Below are positions 1-6,838 of a stretch of DNA of 25,231 nucleotides, piece by piece; position 1 is the stretch's first letter, and each line of letters begins with the position of its first letter. The position numbers were made by a program, and so were the translations under genes. The stretch spans positions 1 through 25,231 of IMG/VR virus record IMGVR_UViG_3300020044_004939. One strand, written 5' to 3'. A model generated the notes under the pieces. That model was not told where the DNA came from. It made no database searches and saw only the letters and a program-made list of their open reading frames with translations. Source of the stretch: a virus (lineage: Duplodnaviria; Caudoviricetes).

Positions 1-52
1 CTTTGCCCTGCGCCATTCTCCGTCTCATGTAGAGTGATGTTTTTTTTGACAT
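1..52 (-). CDS. Possible 5' end of a hypothetical protein running off the left edge (MSKKTSLYMRRRMAQGK...)
   Basis: ATG at 52-50, open frame to the window edge, same orientation as the leftward operon; no clear SD. Confidence 0.4.
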   Translation of the reverse strand, partial: MSKKTSLYMRRRMAQGK

Positions 53-63
53 GGTGCAAAAGG

Positions 64-148
64 TGGCCTACTCGCTGCGTCTGTCAGATATGGCGCGGGA
101 AAGAAGGCTCGCCATTCAGCATCCCGGTACAGCATCCGCTTTCGGCCA
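64..148 (-). ncRNA. Candidate structured RNA with loop-E/sarcin-ricin-type internal loop
   Basis: Minus strand folds TGGCC/GGCCA outer stem, GAAA/GAGTA internal loop, GC/GC, TGC/GCA, TGT/ACA stems and an ATGGCG/CGCCAT inner hairpin; fills the intergenic space. Confidence 0.55.
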
Positions 149-159
149 AAAATTTTAGC

Positions 160-1275
160 TTAAGACTTTGAATACGGCAGATCAATCCCTTTGAGTTTGC
201 AAAACGCAATCACATCGTCTATCAGCTCAGTGGCCACTTCGGATGTGATGTGTTCCGCATCTTCGCCGTAGGCTTCGAAAAGTTTTTCAACCCTTAATAA
301 ATACTCGTTTTGCTCAACGGCATCAATGAAGTCGCGGGCGTTTTCATCGGCTATCGGCTTTTCGCTTAACACGGGGCCTGCTGCCAATGCGACGACTTCG
401 GCGTGCGTGACAACTGGCTCCAAGCGTTTGGCTTCAGCCTGCTTGCGTGCTTCCAGTTCGGCGGCTTGCTGGGCCATTTCAGCGGCTTTGCGGTCGAGCT
501 CTTCTTGCTGGGCTTTCATCTTCGCCTGCATTGCCTGCAATTCGGCTTGCTGCTCTGCGGCGACACGGGCAGCTTCGGCGCGTTCGGCTTCCATCTGGCG
601 GCGCTGCTCGGCCAGTCGGGCGGCTTCTGCTTCCTGCTCGGCTTTGATGCGGGCCTGCTCGGCTTCGGCGGCTTGCTTGGCTTGGATGATGTCGGTGACT
701 TCGCTGAATGCGGCAAGATGGGCGGCGTGCGCAGCGTCTGCGAATTCTTCAAGCCCCTTTGTGTCGATGGCGCACAGATTGTCGAGCAACTGAATAGCCA
801 TGGCGCTGGTGCGTGCCTCCCGGGCCAGTCCTGGCATGCTCTTGATGCGCTCAATCACGGCCTGATGCGCTGCGATGCGGTCACGCTCCTTTTGCAGCTC
901 GGCTTCTTTGCGGGCGGCCTCGGCAGCGTCCCACGCATTGCGCAGGCCCAGCACACGTGTTTCTTCGGGCTGAATGATTTCGATCAAGCGGTCTTCTTCG
1001 GCAATGACTGCCTTCGAAAACTTCGTAGCATCGTCGCGTGCTGCCTTGCCTGCCTTTTCGATGGTGGCGCGCGCGGTGCGTGCGGTCATGGCCAGCGCGT
1101 GCGCTTGTACGCGGCCTGCGGGCGAGTTCACCAGTGTGATGGCCTTCAGGCTTTCGGCCAGCTGCTTCAAGTCGGCTTCGGTCTTGGTGCTGTTGAGCAC
1201 CAGGGCGGCGCGGTCTGCCACTGGCAGGGTGGCGATGTCGGTGGCGGTTGCTGGGGTGTCGAGTACTTTGGTCAT
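160..1275 (-). CDS. Coiled-coil Ala/Glu/Gln-rich phage protein (type often found beside phage recombination genes)
   Basis: 371-aa ORF, consistent codon usage, long helical AEQ-rich stretch; downstream of the exonuclease. Confidence 0.8.
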   Translation of the reverse strand: MTKVLDTPATATDIATLPVADRAALVLNSTKTEADLKQLAESLKAITLVNSPAGRVQAHALAMTARTARATIEKAGKAARDDATKFSKAVIAEEDRLIEIIQPEETRVLGLRNAWDAAEAARKEAELQKERDRIAAHQAVIERIKSMPGLAREARTSAMAIQLLDNLCAIDTKGLEEFADAAHAAHLAAFSEVTDIIQAKQAAEAEQARIKAEQEAEAARLAEQRRQMEAERAEAARVAAEQQAELQAMQAKMKAQQEELDRKAAEMAQQAAELEARKQAEAKRLEPVVTHAEVVALAAGPVLSEKPIADENARDFIDAVEQNEYLLRVEKLFEAYGEDAEHITSEVATELIDDVIAFCKLKGIDLPYSKS

Positions 1276-1299
1276 GGGGTTTCTTTCAATTGTTTGGGT

Positions 1300-2076
1300 T
1301 TAAGGTTTCGCGGCTTTGCGGCGGAGAGTTGATTCGTATTGCAGCACCAAGGCGCGGAATGCGATCAAGTCGCGCTCCAGTGTCTCTATGTAGTCATCAT
1401 CGCGCTCAATGTGCTTCCAATACATATCCATCTTGATGTCGGCTAGAGCAGGGCAGTACAAACCGTAATGCCACCACTTGCGGCCAGTAATCCACATGCA
1501 CCCTTGAATCTGGTCCATGTATTCCGCGATGTCGTCATTCAGCAATACCGGCATGAGGCTATCTGGGGACACAAGGCACTTGTACTCACTGCCGCCATCG
1601 TTGCCGATTAGGCCGTCAGCACTGGCTCCAAAACAGGCATCATTGGTCGTGACAAACCCAGCCGTCTCAACAATCACGCCTGCCTCTTCCTCGTGGCGGG
1701 CGCGGGCCATGGGCTCAAGCTCGTGGCCGCGCTTCATTTGCCATGTCTCGAAACCTTCGTTCAAAGGTTTGCCGCTGATTCGCTCGATGGCTAGGCGGAA
1801 AGCGTACTTCTTTGCCGCATCTGAAAAGTCACCGATGGGCAAGCCATTGATAGCCCGCTGCACGATTTCTGTCACTCGCGGTTTGGTTTTGTAGTCGGCA
1901 GCGGCGGCGGCCTCTTCGGCGCTCTTGCCTTCGCGGATGGCTGACACGTACAGGGCTTGCTGGGGCGTTAAGCCACCGACACGTTCGCGGCATGTTTTGA
2001 ACATGCTGGCGGTGATGACACCGGCGCGGGCCTGCAACCATTCCTCTGAGCCTTGGGCGCATTGAATGAGAATCAT
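1300..2076 (-). CDS. YqaJ-like / lambda-exonuclease-family 5'-3' exonuclease
   Basis: QGSEEWLQARAGVITAS N-terminus, RGHELEPMAR, GASADGL, EYKC (PD-(D/E)xK) and QIQGCMW motifs; ATGA-coupled to the RecT-like gene. Confidence 0.93.
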   Translation of the reverse strand: MILIQCAQGSEEWLQARAGVITASMFKTCRERVGGLTPQQALYVSAIREGKSAEEAAAAADYKTKPRVTEIVQRAINGLPIGDFSDAAKKYAFRLAIERISGKPLNEGFETWQMKRGHELEPMARARHEEEAGVIVETAGFVTTNDACFGASADGLIGNDGGSEYKCLVSPDSLMPVLLNDDIAEYMDQIQGCMWITGRKWWHYGLYCPALADIKMDMYWKHIERDDDYIETLERDLIAFRALVLQYESTLRRKAAKP

Positions 2077-3161
2077 CCTGCACCCCCACTGCCGCGCATC
2101 TCGGCCAGTCGCTCATCGAAGCGTTCATTCAGCTTTGCGGCTGCTGCGTTATCTGTTATTGAGTTAACCCAATCTGCGGCCACGTAAAGTGCGTCCTCGG
2201 TCTTGGCCGCATTGATCTTGGCCAGCACCTGCTCGGCGGTGACTTCGCCTGTGTCTGCCACCTGTTCTTTTGGCTGCTCTACCGTGCGGGCCTTGTCTAC
2301 TGAGGCGGCTTCTGCTTTCAGGCGCTCATGCTCGCCAGCCAGACGTTTTCGGTCTTCCTTGTTTGCCTTCTGCCAAAACTCTTGATAACCGGCCATGCCC
2401 TGAGCTGCTGCGGCTTCGGCTTGGTCGATCAGGTCTTGCGAGGCGGTGGGAGCCACAACTTCGGCAGTTCCCATGTGAACGGGCGGCTTGAATGTCTCGA
2501 TTTCGTCGGGGGTGTAGACACCCAAAATCACATCGGGGGCATACAGTCGCGCCCAGCGTTTTTGCGCCAGGTATGCGAGTTGCTGCTTGGGGTCTTCCGT
2601 CCACAGTGTCGAGTTGCGGGTGCGAGCCTGGGTCATGAGCAATTCCAGCACACGGGGTTCAGACTCGCCTTTGATCGTGGCCCACACACGCACGCCCAAA
2701 CCGTTTTCATCCTTAAGGTCCCAATCGGGCATCATGAATTTTTTGGCGTTGCCGTTGTCGTCTTTCTTTGTGCGGCTTTCCACCATCTTGAATTTTCCAA
2801 CAATTTTTTCCCAAGCGCCAAACCACTCGAACTTGAAGCGGTCGGCCAGCAAGCTGCTGGAGTTGATGACGCTGGCCACAAGCTGTGCCTCGTAGCCCAG
2901 CGCGCCATTGATGACGTGCGTTTTTTGTGCCACCGCAAATGGGTTCATTCCCCATGTCGTAGCTTGCATGACCACGGCCAGGCAGTCGCCCGCTTTCCCC
3001 TGGAAGTGTTGAGGCACCGTGCTGCGTGCGGTCGCCATGAGGTTGGCAAAGCGCTCCATTCGGTCCAGTGCGCTCATGTCCATCATGATGGCGGCGCTAC
3101 TTGTGTTGAATGTTGGCGCTTCTTGCACCGCAATGGTTTCGGTAGTTGTGACTGGATTCAT
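2073..3161 (-). CDS. recT: RecT-family single-strand annealing recombinase
   Basis: VPQHFQGKAGDCLAVVMQA..WGMNPFAVAQKTH..NGALGYEAQL and LW..DPKQQLAYLA.KRWARLYAPDVILGVYTPDE motifs; GGAG SD; paired with an exonuclease. Confidence 0.9.
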   Translation of the reverse strand: MNPVTTTETIAVQEAPTFNTSSAAIMMDMSALDRMERFANLMATARSTVPQHFQGKAGDCLAVVMQATTWGMNPFAVAQKTHVINGALGYEAQLVASVINSSSLLADRFKFEWFGAWEKIVGKFKMVESRTKKDDNGNAKKFMMPDWDLKDENGLGVRVWATIKGESEPRVLELLMTQARTRNSTLWTEDPKQQLAYLAQKRWARLYAPDVILGVYTPDEIETFKPPVHMGTAEVVAPTASQDLIDQAEAAAAQGMAGYQEFWQKANKEDRKRLAGEHERLKAEAASVDKARTVEQPKEQVADTGEVTAEQVLAKINAAKTEDALYVAADWVNSITDNAAAAKLNERFDERLAEMRGSGGAG

Positions 3162-3186
3162 TGAGTTTTCTCCGGTTGATGAACTT

Positions 3187-3214
3187 GCATTTTATACCCG
3201 AAAACGGGATTATA
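3187..3214 (-). promoter_or_regulatory. Putative promoter/operator for the recombination operon
   Basis: Minus strand TATAAT-CCCGTTTTCGGG-TATAAAAT; the palindromic motif matches those at 5140-5213. Confidence 0.55.
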
Positions 3215-3229
3215 TTTAAGCGCATGTAA

Positions 3230-3709
3230 CTATTTTTCTACGTTGTTCTCACGAAGAATTTTTTCTGCAAGTTGAACTGCGTGCTCGCCTGTTCTTGCAA
3301 CTTTGAATATGTCGGCGTAGTCTTGTGGGGTCAGCCCAATCCATTCGCGCGGTGGTGGGGCTAAGTCGACGACATCAATGTCGTCGAGCTGATGTGCTGG
3401 CTGCGGCTGTGTTTCTCGCAGATTGGCGATGGCTAGATAAGGGTTGTCACCCCGCCTACAGCCAAGTGCTTCATGCAAGTCTAAGCAAACTTGCGCCATT
3501 GCATACGCTTGCTGCACAGCAAAAGGAGGCTCCTGCTCTGGCTTTGATCTCTCGTCAGCACGCACTAGCTCGGCAAAGCATTCAAGTTCTTCTGTGATAT
3601 TTACTGCCGCCGCAAATATGTCTTCGGGCACACGATGGTCAAGCACGCCTCGGTGGCCTCTATAAGCTTCAAATCCCGCCTCAAGCGCCATTTCAATTAC
3701 AGTCTTCAT
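3230..3709 (-). CDS. Hypothetical phage protein (likely start MKTVIE at 3709)
   Basis: AAGGAG SD and ATGA overlap with the upstream stop; REWIGLT...AEKILRENN type C-terminus. Confidence 0.75.
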   Translation of the reverse strand: MKTVIEMALEAGFEAYRGHRGVLDHRVPEDIFAAAVNITEELECFAELVRADERSKPEQEPPFAVQQAYAMAQVCLDLHEALGCRRGDNPYLAIANLRETQPQPAHQLDDIDVVDLAPPPREWIGLTPQDYADIFKVARTGEHAVQLAEKILRENNVEK

Positions 3710-3742
3710 GTGTTCTCCTTGATGCCGTGTGCGGCTTCGATG
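3706..3742. repeat. 37-bp direct repeat copy 1 (gene end + SD + ATGA)
   Basis: tcatgtgttctccttgatgccgtgtgcggcttcgatg; 35/37 identical to 4098-4134. Confidence 0.95.
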
Positions 3743-4101
3743 ACTTGTTTCCCACACCTATAGCAAAAGTGAAAACCGTTGTCCTTCGGGCCACCTTCGT
3801 CGAACATCCACATCACCCCACAAGATGATTCCCATGTGTCTGGGTGATCGCTCTCGGGCCTTGCCCATGTGCATGGCTCCTGTTGTGCTGGCTGCTCTGC
3901 CAATGCTGTGCGCAGGGCAGCCTCCGCGCTTAGACGAAGAACCTGCTCGTTGTGCATTGCTTCGCAGAGCCGTGTCTTTAGCCTCTCGCGTCCAGCACTT
4001 ATTTCTTGCAAATCACACATGGCCAACTCGTGTGATGCGACCTTGGTACGCTGCACAGCTTCCAGCGCCTCCAGCGCCAGCTTCATTGCTTCTTTGCTCA
4101 T
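3706..4101 (-). CDS. Hypothetical protein with C-terminal Cys-rich Zn-ribbon-like domain
   Basis: AAGGAG SD, ATGA coupling; CTW...TWESSCG..W.F..GGP..N...CYRCG. Confidence 0.8.
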   Translation of the reverse strand: MSKEAMKLALEALEAVQRTKVASHELAMCDLQEISAGRERLKTRLCEAMHNEQVLRLSAEAALRTALAEQPAQQEPCTWARPESDHPDTWESSCGVMWMFDEGGPKDNGFHFCYRCGKQVIEAAHGIKENT

Positions 4102-4134
4102 GTGTTCTCCTTTATGCCGTGGGCGGCTTCGATG
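4098..4134. repeat. 37-bp direct repeat copy 2
   Basis: tcatgtgttctcctttatgccgtgggcggcttcgatg. Confidence 0.95.
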
Positions 4135-4484
4135 GCGGCGCGGGCTGCTGCAATTGGGTGAGCACCCAAGTAAACTGTGCCAGGTGCCGCATACGTTTTG
4201 ACCATTAATTTCAGCGCCTCCAACAGATCAGGCGCTGCAGCGATCGGGCGGGCGCTTGCTTCAAGTTCCTCGGTGGGGATGCCCTCGCAGGCATTCCAGC
4301 AGGCCACGATGCGGCGAGCGTTGGCCCTGTCTTGCTCTGTACGGCGCTTGTACGCCTCAGAAGTTTTTGGGTGGCCCGTTCCCCAAGTGTTTGCGATCTT
4401 GCGCCCCGACACTGAGCGCACATCAGAGTGAGGGTAGCCACGCATGTCATGCTCGACGCATCCCGGTGTGTGTTGTGTTGTCAT
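4098..4484 (-). CDS. Hypothetical phage protein (HTPG...ANARRIVACWNACEGI...IAAAPDLLEAL type), start MTTQHTPG at 4484
   Basis: ATGA overlap at 4481-4484; motifs typical of small lambdoid early proteins. Confidence 0.8.
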   Translation of the reverse strand: MTTQHTPGCVEHDMRGYPHSDVRSVSGRKIANTWGTGHPKTSEAYKRRTEQDRANARRIVACWNACEGIPTEELEASARPIAAAPDLLEALKLMVKTYAAPGTVYLGAHPIAAARAAIEAAHGIKENT

Positions 4485-4693
4485 TTCACATTTCCGCAAT
4501 TTGTAATCTCGCAAGACTGCGGCAAGAAATCAGGCTGGCTAGACGCGCAGCCGCTTAACATCGCGGCAAGAATAAAAGCCATGATTCTGGCGGCGAGCCT
4601 TGTGTTCACCAAGTCGTTGCGCAACTGCGTAGTGGGGCTGCGTGATGCATGCTCCTGCGCCTCTTCTATCGCAAATTCTTGTTCAAATTTCAT
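4481..4693 (-). CDS. Small hypothetical membrane/lipoprotein-like protein (start MKFEQE)
   Basis: ATGA-coupled at both ends; hydrophobic stretch ending in LSGC lipobox-like motif. Confidence 0.65.
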   Translation of the reverse strand: MKFEQEFAIEEAQEHASRSPTTQLRNDLVNTRLAARIMAFILAAMLSGCASSQPDFLPQSCEITNCGNVK

Positions 4694-4797
4694 TTTGTCC
4701 ACTCTTTTTTTTGTTGATTTACGCCACCGGTGCCGTCAAGCAGTGGCCCCGCGCTGATTGCCATCCCGACGATGATCGCTATAATCCAAGTTTTCAT
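4690..4797 (-). CDS. 35-aa hydrophobic protein MKTWIIAIIVGMAISAGPLLDGTGGVNQQKKEWTK (not in ORF track)
   Basis: Own translation; ATGA overlaps with both neighbours; signal/TM-like N-terminus. Confidence 0.65.
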   Translation of the reverse strand: MKTWIIAIIVGMAISAGPLLDGTGGVNQQKKEWTK

Positions 4798-4931
4798 GGT
4801 TCTTCCCTTTCCATTTTTTCGATTTTTCCGCAATCGTCACACTGGTAATAGTCCCAGTGCGGCGCTCTATATAAAGGCCCGCCGCATAGGTGGCATGTGG
4901 GCTCGTCGTCGTCGTCGTGGCGGTCCTCCAT
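4794..4931 (-). CDS. 45-aa Zn-ribbon protein (CHLC...CDDC)
   Basis: GGAGG SD, TGATG coupling with the upstream gene, two CxxC pairs. Confidence 0.7.
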   Translation of the reverse strand: MEDRHDDDDEPTCHLCGGPLYRAPHWDYYQCDDCGKIEKMEREEP

Positions 4932-5128
4932 CACGCCCTCCACACGAACAGGTCGAGATAAACCACGATTGCGGAGGCGATGCTGGCGATTGAGATTGCC
5001 AGCGCTTGCACGCCAAACTTTTTCCTCCACTCACGACTCTCGCGCACGCATGTGCGGCCCTGGTTGCAGCGCCGGTTGCAGCAATACTCGTTGCATTTCA
5101 TGGTTAAAACTTTCGGCTTGTTGGACAT
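4931..5128 (-). CDS. Small Cys-rich protein (CNQGRTC motif) with C-terminal TM segment; first leftward gene
   Basis: 65-aa ORF (alternative start 5101); hydrophobic C-terminus; coupled to the next gene. Confidence 0.65.
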   Translation of the reverse strand: MSNKPKVLTMKCNEYCCNRRCNQGRTCVRESREWRKKFGVQALAISIASIASAIVVYLDLFVWRA

Positions 5129-5223
5129 GGTGCGAATAGTAACCGAAAGCGGGTTCTACAAAGCGGGTTTCGATCAAAATATTTTTAAGTGCTGTTTCTA
5201 CCGCTTTCGGGTATCATGCGCGA
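5129..5223. promoter_or_regulatory. Divergent early promoter/operator region
   Basis: Strand switch; motif copies TAACCGAAAGCGGGTT (5140-5155), partial AAAGCGGGTT (5160-5169), CTACCGCTTTCGGGTA (5198-5213); -10-like TACTAT (minus, 5141-5136) and TATCAT (plus, 5212-5217). Confidence 0.7.
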
Positions 5224-5418
5224 ATGAAAAAAGAAACCGACTTGCAATTTATCCGGCGCAGACTTGCCGAAACGGCTGGCTCACATAACACAATTGCGGC
5301 AAAAAGCAAAGTGCCACAAAGCACGATCAGCCGCATACATCTCGGCGCAATTCCAAGACTTGACACGGCCATAAAGCTGATTGCGTGCCTCAAAAAAATG
5401 GAGGGTAAAAATGGATGA
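5224..5418 (+). CDS. Cro-like HTH (XRE) DNA-binding protein
   Basis: 64 aa, IAAKSKVPQSTISRIHLGAIPRLDTAIKL HTH signature; first rightward gene. Confidence 0.85.
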   Translation: MKKETDLQFIRRRLAETAGSHNTIAAKSKVPQSTISRIHLGAIPRLDTAIKLIACLKKMEGKNG

Positions 5419-5515
5419 TGGGATAAACGGCCTGCTAACTTTTATCGGGCTGATAATTGGCGCGTTTGGTGCTTTTATAGTTATCTTGATGCTTATCGCA
5501 TTAGACGACAAATAA
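5411..5515 (+). CDS. 34-aa single-TM protein MDDGINGLLTFIGLIIGAFGAFIVILMLIALDDK
   Basis: GGAGG SD, overlaps the cro stop; strongly hydrophobic. Confidence 0.6.
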   Translation: MDDGINGLLTFIGLIIGAFGAFIVILMLIALDDK

Positions 5516-5550
5516 AGTAAAAATTTCCAAAACAATCAAAAAGGAAAAAA

Positions 5551-5622
5551 ATGATTAAGAAATTCAAAGACGCAATTGAAAAAATCTTCCGATGCAAAGC
5601 AAAATTCGAGGTGCATCCGTAA
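5551..5622 (+). CDS. 23-aa mini-ORF MIKKFKDAIEKIFRCKAKFEVHP
   Basis: AAGGA SD; stop abuts the ninG GTG. Confidence 0.45.
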   Translation: MIKKFKDAIEKIFRCKAKFEVHP

Positions 5623-6207
5623 GTGGCTTTGATGCAAAAAACAAAAAAGTGCAAGGTGTGCAAAATCCCGTTTAAGCAAGTAAGGGCAATGCAAACTGTT
5701 TGTAGTCCCACATGTGCGCTTGAATTATCTAACGCTATCGGCGTGAGGATAAAAGCAAAGGCACAAGCGGAAGATAAAAGAGCCACGCGCGAAAAGCTGG
5801 ACGCAATGCGCACAAAGCCGCAGCTGACAAAATTGGCTCAGACTGCATTCAATGCTTTTATCCGCGCGCGTGACGCTGGCAAGCCTTGCATTTCGTGCGG
5901 CAAACCCTTGGGCTCAGAAGCGAACAGCTACGACGCCGGTCATTATCGAAGCGTCGGCAGCGCCCCGCACATGCGATTTGTCGAGGACAACTGTCACGGG
6001 CAGTGCAAGCACTGCAACAACTATCTGAGCGGCAACCATGTCATGTATCGAAAGGGCTTGATTGAGCGGATTGGCGTGCGAGCAGTCGAACTAATCGAAT
6101 CTGACACGGTGACCCGCAAATATACGCATGATGGGCTCAGAGAAATTGCGAGACATTACAACGCCGAAACCAGGCGACTGAAAAACATTGGCGCTTTTGA
6201 TGAATAA
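5623..6207 (+). CDS. ninG: NinG/Rap recombination endonuclease
   Basis: CKVC..F......Q.VCSPTCA, AQTAFNAFIRARD..PCISCG, DAGHYRSVGSAPHMRF..DNCHGQC..CN..LSGN motifs. Confidence 0.93.
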   Translation: MALMQKTKKCKVCKIPFKQVRAMQTVCSPTCALELSNAIGVRIKAKAQAEDKRATREKLDAMRTKPQLTKLAQTAFNAFIRARDAGKPCISCGKPLGSEANSYDAGHYRSVGSAPHMRFVEDNCHGQCKHCNNYLSGNHVMYRKGLIERIGVRAVELIESDTVTRKYTHDGLREIARHYNAETRRLKNIGAFDE

Positions 6208-6712
6208 ACGAAAAATAACATTTCACACACTTGAAACGATCATGCAGCGTACACAAGAAGTGGGCGATTGCGTGGAGTGGCAGGGGTACGTAGCAAACCG
6301 GAGCCCTCAAGTATCGCACGGCGGGAAAATCACGACTGTGCGAAAGCTCATACGTGAATTGCAGGGCAGGCCGACGCCTATGGGTGTTTTTGTGAGCGTG
6401 ACTTGCGGCAATCACTTGTGTGTAAACCCCGCACACTTGATAGATCGAACGATGAAACAGCACGCTAAGATGATGTCGTCAAAGATTGACTATGATGCGC
6501 CAGTCAGAATAGCCAAGCTGCAAAAATCAGCAGCTGGCAGGCGCAAAATCACGGACGAAGGCGTAGCCGCTGCATTGTCAGACCCGCGAAGCGCAAAAGC
6601 AGTTGCGGATGAGCATGGGGTACACAAAAGCCTGATTGCACGAATACGTCGCGGCCAGGCGCACCGCCAGCTAAATGCAAAAACAAACTTTTTTGCAGGC
6701 TTGATGCGTTGA
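6200..6712 (+). CDS. HNH/His-Me-finger-like protein with C-terminal HTH, probably nuclease-degenerate
   Basis: DCVEWQG...TCGNHLCVNPAHL core and SAKAVADEHGVHKSLIARIRRG HTH-like tail. Confidence 0.75.
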   Translation: MNKRKITFHTLETIMQRTQEVGDCVEWQGYVANRSPQVSHGGKITTVRKLIRELQGRPTPMGVFVSVTCGNHLCVNPAHLIDRTMKQHAKMMSSKIDYDAPVRIAKLQKSAAGRRKITDEGVAAALSDPRSAKAVADEHGVHKSLIARIRRGQAHRQLNAKTNFFAGLMR

Positions 6713-6736
6713 TGAAAATGGGCAAGGTGTTATAAT
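6709..6736 (+). promoter_or_regulatory. Sigma70-type promoter for the replication gene
   Basis: TTGATG (6709-6714), 16 nt, extended -10 TGtTATAAT (6728-6736). Confidence 0.7.
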
Positions 6737-6740
6737 TTTT

Positions 6741-6824
6741 GAAACACGGCTAGGTTGGGAGTTGCTCCCCAATCGAAAAGAGTTACCCCTTCTCCTGCCG
6801 CCGTTTCTTCAATCAAGGGGCTGT
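6741..6824 (+). ncRNA. Candidate structured 5' leader (three-way junction + pseudoknot)
   Basis: GAAAC-ACGGC/GCCG-CC-GTTTC outer stem, GGTTGGGAG/CTCCCCAATC hairpin, second hairpin whose loop CCCCTT can pair with AAGGGG (6815-6820). Confidence 0.55.
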
Positions 6825-6838
6825 AAAAAGCGGGATTT

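Noticed and set aside
134-148. ATCCGCTTTCGGCCA as another operator copy
   Set aside because: No adjoining -10 box and it is explained as part of the candidate RNA structure; coincidence cannot be excluded
160-1275. TolA annotation
   Set aside because: Only low-complexity Ala/Glu similarity; no N-terminal TM anchor or tol operon context
326-3219. Long plus-strand ORFs (403-1332, 2328-3164 etc.)
   Set aside because: Antisense shadows of well-supported minus-strand genes
40-4712. T8 tracts (40-47, 4705-4712) as phase-variation or frameshift sites
   Set aside because: Both frames are intact and encode Lys runs; no alternative product is evident
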